Assembly (NCBI GenBank): GCA_963798845.1
Contig: CAWCUS010000003.1
Span: 1 to 64,000 of the forward strand
Direction of reading: 5' to 3'
DNA: 64,000 nucleotides
Source: an uncultured Gemmatimonadales bacterium
GTDB lineage: Bacteria; Gemmatimonadota; Gemmatimonadetes; Longimicrobiales; RSA9
Part shown: positions 45,150 to 54,695 of the stretch, piece after piece
Numbering within the stretch: the first letter of the stretch is position 1
Layout of the letters: the number at the start of each line of letters is the position of its first letter
The notes under the pieces: model-generated
What the model saw: only the letters and a program-made list of their open reading frames with translations
Databases searched by the model: none
What the model was told of the DNA's origin: nothing
Made by a program: the position numbers and the translations under genes

Positions 45150-46607
45150 GTGGAGATCCCGCCCCGACCCAGGCTGAGCGACTACGAGGGCGTCGCGCAC
45201 CTTTCCCCGGCCGTGGCGGAGCTGCGCGAGCGGGCGGCGGGCACCGCCCAGCGGTTCGGCGACCGCACGCTCTGGATGATCAACTCCACCGCTCAGGGCG
45301 GCGGCGTGGCAGAGATGCTCCCCACCATGGTGACGCTGCTGGAGGAGCTCGGAATCCGCACGCGCTGGTTCGTCATCGAGGCGCACGATCCCGAGTTCTT
45401 CCGGCTCACGAAGCGGCTCCACAACCTGATCCACGGCACGGGCGATCCGGACCTCGGGAGCGCCGCCCGCCAGGTGTACGAGGCCGTGAACGCCGAGAAC
45501 GCCCGCACGCTGGCCCCGCTGGTGCGCGATGGCGACGTGGTGGTGGTGCACGACCCCCAGCCGATGCCGCTGGCCGGGCTCGTCTCCCGGGACCTGGACG
45601 TGAAGACCGTCTGGCGCTGCCACATCGGGCTCGACCAACGGAACGCGGCCACCGACGCCGCGTGGTCCTTCCTCGAGCCGTACGCGGGCGACTACGACGC
45701 CGCGGTCTTCTCCGCCTCCGAGTACGTCCCGCCGTACCTGAAGGACCGGTCGAGCATCATCTATCCCGCCATCGATCCGCTGTCGCAGAAGAACCGGGAC
45801 CTGAACCTGCACACGGTGGTGGGCATCCTTGCCAACGCGGCGCTCACCGTGCCGCCGGGACCGGTGGTGCAGCCGCCGTTCCCCGACACCGCACGGCGCC
45901 TTCAGTCCGACGGACGATGGGCGCCGGCCATCCTCCCCGAGGACATCGGTCTTCTCATCCGCCCGATCGTCACCCAGATCTCCCGCTGGGACCGGCTGAA
46001 GGGCTGGCTCCCACTTCTGCGCGGGTTCGCCGCGCTCAAGGAGCGGATCTACACGAAACGCAACGAGCGCCCTCCCGAGCAGCGGCGCCGGCTGCGCCAC
46101 GTCCGCCTCGTCATGGCCGGGCCCGACCCCGCCTCCATCCAGGACGACCCGGAAGGGCTGGAAGTGATCGAGGAGCTGCGCGCCGCCTACGTCGCCCTGG
46201 ACGACGAGCTGAAGAGCAATGTCGCCATGATCGCGCTCCCGATGCAGAATCCGGATCATAACGCGCTCATGGTCAACGCCATCCAGCGCGCGTCCACGGT
46301 CGTGGTGCAGAACTCGCTCCGGGAAGGGTTCGGTCTCACCGTGACCGAGGCGATGTGGAAGCGCGTCCCCGTCCTCAGCAACAGTCGCGCGGTGGGCCCG
46401 CGACAGCAGATCCGGCACGGCAAGGACGGCTGGCTCATCGACGACCCCGAGGACCCCATCCAGATCGCCGACGCCCTCGACGCGCTCCTCAACGACCGCC
46501 TGCGCCGCGCAGCCCTGGGCCGCACCGCCCAGCGGCGCGCCCATGACGACTTCATGGTCTTCAGTCAGCTCCGCCGCTGGCTCGATCTGCTGGAGACGTT
46601 GACCTAG
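45150..46607 (+). CDS. GT4 glycosyltransferase, trehalose synthase TreT-like
   Basis: INSTAQGGGVAEML, VHDPQP, WRCHI, PAIDPLS.KN, QISRWDRLKG, QNSLREGFGLTVTEAMWK; start uncertain (45105 or 45150). Confidence 0.87.
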   Translation: MEIPPRPRLSDYEGVAHLSPAVAELRERAAGTAQRFGDRTLWMINSTAQGGGVAEMLPTMVTLLEELGIRTRWFVIEAHDPEFFRLTKRLHNLIHGTGDPDLGSAARQVYEAVNAENARTLAPLVRDGDVVVVHDPQPMPLAGLVSRDLDVKTVWRCHIGLDQRNAATDAAWSFLEPYAGDYDAAVFSASEYVPPYLKDRSSIIYPAIDPLSQKNRDLNLHTVVGILANAALTVPPGPVVQPPFPDTARRLQSDGRWAPAILPEDIGLLIRPIVTQISRWDRLKGWLPLLRGFAALKERIYTKRNERPPEQRRRLRHVRLVMAGPDPASIQDDPEGLEVIEELRAAYVALDDELKSNVAMIALPMQNPDHNALMVNAIQRASTVVVQNSLREGFGLTVTEAMWKRVPVLSNSRAVGPRQQIRHGKDGWLIDDPEDPIQIADALDALLNDRLRRAALGRTAQRRAHDDFMVFSQLRRWLDLLETLT

Positions 46608-46703
46608 CCTGGGACGGCGAGAACCGCGGCTCCCACGGTTGCCGCCGCGGCCCTGCGCGACGACATTGGCCTCGCCCCTCCATTCCCCCGAGCACGCACG
46701 CCC

Positions 46704-49016
46704 ATGAACCGACGCACTGCCGCTCGCCTGCTGACCATCGGCGCGATCACTTCCGCCGCCGCATGCGCATCCACCGGAGCCCGGCCGGTCCCCCCCACCG
46801 ACGATCCCGACCTGGCCACGGCCTACCGGGTCCTGTCCACGACGCCGCTCGTCGACGGCCACAACGACCTGCCGTGGGTCATCCGCGAGCGGACCGGCGA
46901 GACGGGCGACCTGTCGGCGTACGACCTCCGCTCGGCGACCTCCGGCCAGACGGACATCCCTCGCCTCCGGCAGGGAATGGTGGGCGGGCAGTTCTGGTCG
47001 GTTTACGTGCCGGCCAGCGCCCAGGAAGACGGCACGGCGGCGAAGCAGCAGCTGGAGCAGATCGACATCGCCCGCCGGATGATCGAGCGCTACCCCGACG
47101 CGTTCGAGCTGGCGCTCACCCCCGCCGACGTGACCCGCATCTTCGACGAAGGGAAGGTCGCGTCGATCATCGGGATGGAGGGCGGTCACGCCCTTCAGAA
47201 CTCGCTCGGTGCGCTCCGTGCCTACTACCGCCTCGGCGCCCGCTACATGACGCTCACCCACTCCGAGAACATCGACTGGGCGGACTCGTGCTGTGAGGCG
47301 CCCGAGCACGGCGGCCTCACGCCGTTCGGGGAGGCCGTGGTGCGCGAGATGAACCGGCTGGGGATGCTCGTGGACCTGGCTCACGTCTCTCCCGAGACCA
47401 TGAACGACGTCCTCGACGTCACCGCCGCGCCCGTCATCTTCTCCCATTCCTCCGCCCGCGCCCTCACCGACCACGAGCGGAACGTGCCGGACGCGGTGCT
47501 CCGGCGGGTGACCGAGAACGGCGGCGTCGTCATGGTCACGTTCGTCACCATCTTCGACAACGAGGCGCTGCGGCAGTGGGCCGAGCTGCCGTCGGCGGAG
47601 CGCACCGGGCCGGCACCGGTGGCGACGCTCGGCGATGTCGCGGACCACATCGAGCACGTGCGCGACGTCGCGGGGATCGACCACGTCGGCATCGGCAGCG
47701 ACTTCGACGGCACCAGCACGCCAGAAGGGCTGGAGGACGTGTCGAAGTTCCCTGCCCTGTTCGCCGAGCTATCCCGCCGCGGGTGGAGCGAGGAAGACCT
47801 CCGCAAGCTGGCCGGGCAGAACGTCCTGCGAGCCTGGCACCAGGCGGAGAGAGTCGCGGCCAGGCTGCAGTCGGCGGAGCCGCCTATCACGGCCACCATC
47901 GCGCAGCTCGACGGCGTCGTTCCCGAGGGGAGCGGGGCTTTCGTCACCCGCCTCGGCGACGACACGCTCGCCGTCGAGCGCTTCCGCTACGGCGCCACCA
48001 GCTTCGACGCCGACGTGGCGCTGCGCGTCCCGCGCACCGTCCTGACCCGCTATCGTGCCGAGCTGGACCGGCTGGGCCGCGTGCGCAGGCTCACGGCCAC
48101 GACGTACGACCCCGCAGGGGAGGGCGGGGGTCCGCCACTCGGCCGGACGACGTACGAGTTCCGCGGCGACTCCGTTCGGGTCGACATCCGCGACCATGAG
48201 GAGGCGCGGCAGATCACGGTCGCCGCGGGGCGCGACGCGCTCCCGTTCATCGACATGGTGCACTGGCCGTTCGAGCTCGCCTTCCTGCGCCACCAGCCGG
48301 TGGTCGGCGGCGAGGAGATGGAGGTCCCCATGATCATGGGGACCCGGGTCGGAAGCTTCGGATTCAGCGCTCCAGCGACCGGGCACGCCGTCATCCGCCA
48401 CCCGTACCGCGGCACCATGGACGTGCGCGTGGACAGCCTCGGGCAGATCACGGAGCTGGACGCCAGCGGAAGCACCCGGAAGCTGACCGTTCGACGCGCC
48501 GACACCGCCGCCGTCGACGTCGCCGGGCTCGCCCGCGATTTCGCCGCCCGCGACGCTGCGGGCCACGGCATCGGGGCGCTGTCCGGGCGTGCCACCGCCG
48601 AGGGGGAAGTCGGCGGCGCGAGCATCACGGTCGACTACGGCGTGCCCCACAGCCGCGGCCGCGACATCTTCGGCGCGCTCGTCCCGTTCGGAGAGGTGTG
48701 GCGCACCGGCGCCAACCGGGCGACGCACTTCGCCGTGGACCGCGACCTGGTGATCGGGGACCGGCGGTTGCCCGCCGGCACATACACGCTGTTCACGATC
48801 CCCGGCCCGGACGCGTGGACGCTGATCGTGAACCGCCAGACGGACATCGCCGGCACCGCCTACGACGCCAGCGCCGACTTCGCCCGCATCCCCATGCAGG
48901 TTCGGACGCTCGGCGCCCCGGTCGAGGACCTAACGATCACGGTGGATCCCGCGGGCTTCCTCCGCATCGCGTGGGGCCGCACGGAGGCGAGCGTCAGGGT
49001 GCGGCGGGCGCCCTAG
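46704..49016 (+). CDS. Membrane dipeptidase (M19) lipoprotein fused to a DUF2911-containing module
   Basis: AAAC lipobox, DGHNDL, GMEGGH, SHSS, GSDFDG; C-terminal VDYG.P..RGRDIFG.LVPFGEVWRTGAN. Confidence 0.88.
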   Translation: MNRRTAARLLTIGAITSAAACASTGARPVPPTDDPDLATAYRVLSTTPLVDGHNDLPWVIRERTGETGDLSAYDLRSATSGQTDIPRLRQGMVGGQFWSVYVPASAQEDGTAAKQQLEQIDIARRMIERYPDAFELALTPADVTRIFDEGKVASIIGMEGGHALQNSLGALRAYYRLGARYMTLTHSENIDWADSCCEAPEHGGLTPFGEAVVREMNRLGMLVDLAHVSPETMNDVLDVTAAPVIFSHSSARALTDHERNVPDAVLRRVTENGGVVMVTFVTIFDNEALRQWAELPSAERTGPAPVATLGDVADHIEHVRDVAGIDHVGIGSDFDGTSTPEGLEDVSKFPALFAELSRRGWSEEDLRKLAGQNVLRAWHQAERVAARLQSAEPPITATIAQLDGVVPEGSGAFVTRLGDDTLAVERFRYGATSFDADVALRVPRTVLTRYRAELDRLGRVRRLTATTYDPAGEGGGPPLGRTTYEFRGDSVRVDIRDHEEARQITVAAGRDALPFIDMVHWPFELAFLRHQPVVGGEEMEVPMIMGTRVGSFGFSAPATGHAVIRHPYRGTMDVRVDSLGQITELDASGSTRKLTVRRADTAAVDVAGLARDFAARDAAGHGIGALSGRATAEGEVGGASITVDYGVPHSRGRDIFGALVPFGEVWRTGANRATHFAVDRDLVIGDRRLPAGTYTLFTIPGPDAWTLIVNRQTDIAGTAYDASADFARIPMQVRTLGAPVEDLTITVDPAGFLRIAWGRTEASVRVRRAP

Positions 49017-49083
49017 TCTCCCGGACGGGAGCGCGCCGCCGTCCACCTCGACGACTTCGCGGGCCTGGGCCCCGACCCGCGAC

Positions 49084-49126
49084 GACGGCGGGCCCCGACG
49101 GGTGATTCCCGTGGGGGCCCGCCGTC
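49084..49126. terminator. Strong hairpin between convergent genes
   Basis: GACGGCGGGCCCC...GGGGCCCGCCGTC 13-bp stem with an inner ACGGG/CCCGT stem. Confidence 0.65.
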
Positions 49127-49188
49127 CTGCCGATCGACCCGGACCGGCCGACCGTGCGGCCGCGCCGGTCTCGGGCGCCCGGCGCTCG

Positions 49189-52100
49189 CTATGGCTCCAG
49201 CCACTCCTCGTCCAGCAGCTCGGAGCCGCCGGCCGCGGGATCGAACCCGGCCGCGCGCACCACCGTGATCGGGCGCGTGACCGTCTCGTCGCCCGCGGGC
49301 AGCGCCACCGTGTAGCGACCGTCCGCGACCAGCCCTGGACCGCCGCCCGAGCCGCCACGGAAGCTCATGCGCACCCCGCGCTCCCGCATGGCCGAGAAGA
49401 TCTGGCGCATGGCACCGCGGATGTCGTCCTGCGACGGCTCCGGCGTCTGCTCGGCCGAAGGCTTTGCACCCTCCGCCGGCGGGGACTCCACCTCGCCGGA
49501 GGGCTTTGCGGCCTGCGCCGCCCGCGCCCCGGCGCCCGCTGCGGGCGGCCCGGACTCGGCCTTCGGCTCCGGGTACCGTTCGCCCGGACGGTCAGTGGTC
49601 CCGCCACCAGCGCCGCGGCCGCCCCACATCCGGGAACGGTCGCCACTCCGCAGCATGGCGATGGCCCGGTCCGCGGCCGCGCGCGCCAGGCCCTCGTGCG
49701 CCACCAGCGAGTCGGCCACTTCCACCATTGCGGCGTCGGCCCGGATACTGTCCCGGACTTCGGAAGGCGACTTCGGCTCCTGCCCTTCCGACCGCTTCTG
49801 CAGGTTCCAGGTCACCCGGTGCAGCCCGGGCGACGCCGGCCCCTCCAGCGTAGCCACGGTATCACCGGCGGCGCCCAGCACCGCCAGCTTCAGGCGTGCG
49901 CCGCGCTCCGGCCGCTGTGAGCCCGGCCTGCCGGGCCCACCGAACGGGAGGTCGGTGTCCCCGGCCGTCTTCACGGTGGCGCCCGCCGCTCCAGTCCCGA
50001 CATCAGGGCGCGGCCCGCCGAGCGGAGCATCGGTGTCCCCGGCCACACGCGTCGCGGGCGGGGTCCAGCCTTCGGGCACGTAGTACGCGATCTCGGCGCC
50101 GAAGGGCGCGGACTCTCCTTCGAAGTAGCGGTGGCCCGTGGATTCGCCGCCGGACGGTGCGTCGCCGAACTCGAGCCCGGGGGCGGGAGCGAAGAGGACG
50201 GGCGAATCCGCCAGCCGCACAGTCGACAGCTGCTGGAGCGGCGCGATGTCCACGATCCAAATGGAGCGTCCGTGCGTGGCCGCGATCAGCTCGTGGTCGC
50301 GCGGATGGATCTCCAGATCGTGAACGGGAACGGTGGGCAGCCCTTCCATGAACCGGCGCCACGTGGCGCCGCGGTCGGTGGACACGTACGCCCCCACGTC
50401 CGTGCCTACGAACAGCAGGTCGGGGTTCACCAGGTCTTCCCGCACCACGTGCACGAAGTCCGGCCCGCCGGCAGGCAGCCCGGCGGCGAGCGTCCGGAAG
50501 CTGCCTCCGCCATCGTTGGTGACGAAGACGTACGGAGCGAAGTGGTCGCTGCGATGACCGTCGAATGTCACGTAGAAGCGCTGCGGGTCGAAGTGCGACG
50601 GCTCGATCCGGCTGACCCACGTGTGCTCCGGCACGCCCTTGAACAGCTTCGGCCGGATCTGCTGCCACTCCGCACCCGGCCGCCGCATCCAGACGTTCCC
50701 ATCATCCGTGCCGGCGAAGAGCAGCCCCTCCACCAGCGGCGACTCGGCGAGCGCCACGATGGTCGCGTGCGTCTCCGCACCCGTCACATCCTTCGTGATC
50801 CCGCCCGTGGTCTTGGTGCTGACCTCGATCTTCTCCGGGTCCCGCGTGGTCAGGTCCGGGGAGATCACCTTGAACGTGTCACCCCGGTCCGTCGACATCA
50901 GCACTCGGTTGCCCGCCGTGTAGATCGTGTGCGGCGCGTGCGGCGACAGCACGATCGGCGTGTTCCAGTTGTAGCGCAGGTCGTAGGTGGCGGAATCCTC
51001 AGCGGCCTGCTTCTTCCACGCTTCCACCTTCGCCTGCTCCGCCGCGGTCATCTCCCGCGGCTCCTTCACTCCCTCGTGGACGGCAATGGAGTCCAGGATT
51101 GGCCGCGCCCTGTCCTGCCACTCGGGCTTGCCCATCCTGGAGCGCTCGCCCGTGACCAGGTTCACCCGCGACATGCTCCCGCCCTGCGACTCGGCGTAGA
51201 CCGTTGCCGGGTCGGTCGGGTCCTGCTGGCTGTAGAAGCCGTCCCCACCACTCACCGTGTACCACATGTGGTGGTCGATCCCGCCCCTCGCCCGGCGGCT
51301 CGGGCCGCACCACGTGCCGTTGTCCTGCAGCCCGCCGCACACCCGGTACGGCACGCTCATGTCGTAGCTGACGTGGTAGAACTGTCCGATCGGAAGCGTG
51401 TTGACGAAGTCGTACGTGCCGCCACGGTCCCAGGTCACGGCGATCCCGCCATCGTTGCCGACGATGAAGTGGTCCGGGTTCGACGCGTCCCACCACATGG
51501 CGTGATGGTCCACGTGGATCCCAATGGTGGCCTCGCCGACCGTCTTCCCGCCGTCCTTCGAGAACTGGACGGGCGTGGACGACCAGAACACCAGGTCCGG
51601 GTCATCCGGCGCGACGCGCACCTGCGAGTAGTAGAACGGCCGCGTGTCCACCCCGTTCATCCATCGCCACGTGTGCCCGCCGTCGGCCGACCGGTAAAGG
51701 CCCGTCCCCTTGAGCCCCGACGACGCCGCGTCGTCGTCGCTCATTCCCTTCGTATCGTCCGCCTTCGCTTCCACCAGCGCGTACATCACGTCCGGGTCGC
51801 TCGCGGCCATGGCGATCCCAATGCGGCCCTTTTCCGTGCTGGGGAAGCCGCCGCCGGTCACCTCCGTCCAGCGCTCCCCGCCGTCCGTGGACTTCCACAG
51901 CCCGCTCCCCGGACCGCCGCTCTCCAGGAACCACGGGCCGCGTACCCGTTCCCAGCTGGACGCCCACAGCACGTCCGGGTCTCGCGGGTCGAGCGCCAGG
52001 TCCACGAAGCCGGCCCTGTCGCTGATGAACTTCACCCGCCGCCACGTCTTCCCCCCGTCCGTGGTCTTGTAGACGCCCCGCTCCTGATTGGCGCCCCAGA

Positions 52101-52602
52101 TGTGGCCGAGCGCCGCCACCCACGCCGTGTTCGGGTCGCTCGGGTGGACGACGATCCGGCCGATCGCCTGCGTCTCCTTCAGCCCCGAGAACGTCCAGCT
52201 CTCTCCGCCGTCCCGGGACACGTACACGCCCCCACCCGGGGAGATCGAGTTGCGGGAGTCCTCCTCGCCCGTGCCCGCGTACAGCACGTTCGGATCGCTC
52301 GGTGCGATCGCCAGGTCCCCCATCGAGGCCACTCGCCCCACATCGAACAGCGGCTTGAACGTGGTCCCGTTGTTCGTGGTCTTCCATATGCCCCCCGCCA
52401 CCGACGCCACGTAGAACGTGGCCGTGCCGGGAACGCCCTCCACGTCCGTGATCCGCCCCGACATGTTCGGGGGGCCGATGTTGCGCCACTTGAACCCGGC
52501 GTAGAAAGCCGAGTCGGGGCCCTGCGCCAGGAGGGGCCGGGGGGCCACGAGCGCCGCGAGCGCCAGGATGGCGGCCGTGGCCAGAGGAACACGCGTTCGC
52601 AT
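49189..52602 (-). CDS. VPS10/sortilin-like BNR-repeat secreted protein
   Basis: Signal peptide, WRNIGP.NMSGRI, repeated S/TxDGGxTW, GGLQDNG, RYNWNTP, THGRSIW. Confidence 0.9.
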   Translation of the reverse strand: MRTRVPLATAAILALAALVAPRPLLAQGPDSAFYAGFKWRNIGPPNMSGRITDVEGVPGTATFYVASVAGGIWKTTNNGTTFKPLFDVGRVASMGDLAIAPSDPNVLYAGTGEEDSRNSISPGGGVYVSRDGGESWTFSGLKETQAIGRIVVHPSDPNTAWVAALGHIWGANQERGVYKTTDGGKTWRRVKFISDRAGFVDLALDPRDPDVLWASSWERVRGPWFLESGGPGSGLWKSTDGGERWTEVTGGGFPSTEKGRIGIAMAASDPDVMYALVEAKADDTKGMSDDDAASSGLKGTGLYRSADGGHTWRWMNGVDTRPFYYSQVRVAPDDPDLVFWSSTPVQFSKDGGKTVGEATIGIHVDHHAMWWDASNPDHFIVGNDGGIAVTWDRGGTYDFVNTLPIGQFYHVSYDMSVPYRVCGGLQDNGTWCGPSRRARGGIDHHMWYTVSGGDGFYSQQDPTDPATVYAESQGGSMSRVNLVTGERSRMGKPEWQDRARPILDSIAVHEGVKEPREMTAAEQAKVEAWKKQAAEDSATYDLRYNWNTPIVLSPHAPHTIYTAGNRVLMSTDRGDTFKVISPDLTTRDPEKIEVSTKTTGGITKDVTGAETHATIVALAESPLVEGLLFAGTDDGNVWMRRPGAEWQQIRPKLFKGVPEHTWVSRIEPSHFDPQRFYVTFDGHRSDHFAPYVFVTNDGGGSFRTLAAGLPAGGPDFVHVVREDLVNPDLLFVGTDVGAYVSTDRGATWRRFMEGLPTVPVHDLEIHPRDHELIAATHGRSIWIVDIAPLQQLSTVRLADSPVLFAPAPGLEFGDAPSGGESTGHRYFEGESAPFGAEIAYYVPEGWTPPATRVAGDTDAPLGGPRPDVGTGAAGATVKTAGDTDLPFGGPGRPGSQRPERGARLKLAVLGAAGDTVATLEGPASPGLHRVTWNLQKRSEGQEPKSPSEVRDSIRADAAMVEVADSLVAHEGLARAAADRAIAMLRSGDRSRMWGGRGAGGGTTDRPGERYPEPKAESGPPAAGAGARAAQAAKPSGEVESPPAEGAKPSAEQTPEPSQDDIRGAMRQIFSAMRERGVRMSFRGGSGGGPGLVADGRYTVALPAGDETVTRPITVVRAAGFDPAAGGSELLDEEWLEP

Positions 52603-52801
52603 GGTCGCTGCTCCGGAATTCGGGTTGTGACGGTGAGCGCCTGATCAGGCAGGGGCGGTCGCAGAGATGACGCGCTGGCGCCGCGGAACGTTGGGAGCCC
52701 GTGCGGCCGCGGGGTCAGGACCGGTTGTCGCGCCCGCAGGGTGCGCCCGCGCCCCGCAGCCCACGGCCTGCGTCCCGCGGCGGCGCCGCCGCGCCCCCCC
52801 T

Positions 52802-54478
52802 CTACCAGCGGTCCAGGTCTTCCGAGAGGTTGTCCCGAACCTCGTCCGTGGCCAGCAGGATCAGCCGGTCGCCCCCTTCCAGCTGGCTCTCTCCGCGGGG
52901 TGGCCGCATGCGCTCGCCGCGCAGCAGGGCGATGAGCTCCGCGTCCGTGCCCAGCCGCTTCATGGCATCGGCCACGGTCAGGCCCACGAGTCCGCTCTCC
53001 TCCTTCAGGACCCCCACGGTGATGTGGCGCCCGCCCGGCAGCGTGACAGGGATCCCGGAGCGCAGGAGCGACAGCAGGTTCAGTGAGCCGATCTCCTCGG
53101 GATTCAGCAGCCCCCGGTGCTCCAGGAGCCGTAGCGCGATGTTGAGGTGCTCGGTGTGGAGCGCCGGCGAGTCGGCGCGCGTGGGCACCTGCGCTTCGTA
53201 CAGGCTCGGGTAGGGCACGCGGGCGGACAGCCACACGTGGACCAGGTAGCTGATGAACACCGCCAGCGCGGCGGGCACCAGCAGCGTGTACCCGCCCGTC
53301 ATCTCGGTGACCATCATGAGCGTGGCCAGCGGGACGTTGGCTGCACCGGCGAAGAGCGCCGCCATCCCCACGACCGCCATGGGCCCGGCCGGCTGGTGGA
53401 GCACGGCCGCCAGGAAAGCGCCGAGCATGGCGCCCGAGAAGAGCGTGGGGGCGAACACGCCGCCGGACCCGCCGGAAGACACCGAAAGCGCCATGGCGAT
53501 CATCTTGGCGAAGATGAGCACGGCGAGGGTGCCCATGACGAGCTGCCCGTTGATCGCCTGCTGGATCCAGCCGTAGCCGCCGCCCAGCACTTCGGGATAG
53601 AGCAGCGCGATGAGCCCGAGGAGCAATCCCCCGATGCCCGGCTTCAGCCAGACCGGGACGGGCAGCCGGCGGAACCCGGCGCGGGCGCCGTAGAAGATCA
53701 CCGGCACGAGCGTGGCCAAGAGCCCGCACGCCACCCCGAGGACCACGTACCAGCCGTAGTCGTAGACGTGCGGCAACCCCGTGTAGGGGGGAAAACGGAA
53801 GAGCGGCTGCCATCCGGTGAACAGCCCGTTCACTGCGTACGCCACGATGGACGCAAGCATGGTGTAGATCAGCGCACCGAACTCGAACTCCATCTCGGCG
53901 TACAGCACCTCGATGGCGAAAAGCGCAGTCCCCACGGGCGACCGGAAGATGGCCGACAGCCCCGCCGCCATGCCCACGGTGAGCAGCAGCCGCCGCTCCT
54001 CGTCGTCTCGCTTCGTGATGTCGGCATACCACGCGCCCACGCCGGCCGCGATGAGCGCGATCGGCCCCTCGCGCCCGGCGGCGCCGCCCGACCCGATGGT
54101 GATGGCGGACGCCACGGCCTTCACGGGCGCCACTCGCCCGCGCAGGAACCCGTTCTCCCGGTGGAACGCCCTCACCGCCGTGTCGGTGCCGTGCCCCTCC
54201 GCCTCGGGCGCCAGCCACGTGATGATGATGCCGACCACGAGCCCGCCGAGCGCAGTCGAGATCGGGATCAGCCACAGGCCGTGCGCACCGATCACCTGCT
54301 GGAGAACGCCGCCTTCGCCGGGGAGCCCCGGGGGTGAGTAGCCGGCGATCCGGCCGAGGAAAAGCCCGCTCGCCGCACGCAGCAGGAAGGTGAAGACCTG
54401 GGCCGCCGCGGCGCCGGCGAGTCCCAGGAGGATGCTGTCGACGATCAGTCGCCGCTGACGCTGCCCTTTCTCTGCCAC
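52802..54478 (-). CDS. CLC chloride channel/transporter with C-terminal TrkA-C (RCK_C) domain
   Basis: GHGTD, GREGP, SGGVFAP, EMTGGY, SLY; C-terminal SGLVGLTV...LEGGDRL; GTG start with GGAG. Confidence 0.9.
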   Translation of the reverse strand: MAEKGQRQRRLIVDSILLGLAGAAAAQVFTFLLRAASGLFLGRIAGYSPPGLPGEGGVLQQVIGAHGLWLIPISTALGGLVVGIIITWLAPEAEGHGTDTAVRAFHRENGFLRGRVAPVKAVASAITIGSGGAAGREGPIALIAAGVGAWYADITKRDDEERRLLLTVGMAAGLSAIFRSPVGTALFAIEVLYAEMEFEFGALIYTMLASIVAYAVNGLFTGWQPLFRFPPYTGLPHVYDYGWYVVLGVACGLLATLVPVIFYGARAGFRRLPVPVWLKPGIGGLLLGLIALLYPEVLGGGYGWIQQAINGQLVMGTLAVLIFAKMIAMALSVSSGGSGGVFAPTLFSGAMLGAFLAAVLHQPAGPMAVVGMAALFAGAANVPLATLMMVTEMTGGYTLLVPAALAVFISYLVHVWLSARVPYPSLYEAQVPTRADSPALHTEHLNIALRLLEHRGLLNPEEIGSLNLLSLLRSGIPVTLPGGRHITVGVLKEESGLVGLTVADAMKRLGTDAELIALLRGERMRPPRGESQLEGGDRLILLATDEVRDNLSEDLDRW

Positions 54479-54695
54479 CTCGTGCTCCGGACCCCGATCC
54501 GTCCCGTGTCTTCCGCCGCCCACGCCGAGGCGACAACGTCCCGCCTGCAGGCATAAACATTCAACATGGCGCGGCCTGGCGGGACCCGCCACCGCGAGCA
54601 TCGTACCGCGCCGCACACCGCGGCGCGGGCGCTCGGCACCACTCGGCGCGCTCCCCGGTTGTACGGGGGACGGGACACCGCCATCTTCAGCGCCG

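Noticed and set aside
44922..47684. N-terminal extension of the 1537-aa minus-strand ORF
   Set aside because: Antisense to the TreT-like and dipeptidase genes, and it crosses the sigma54 promoter.
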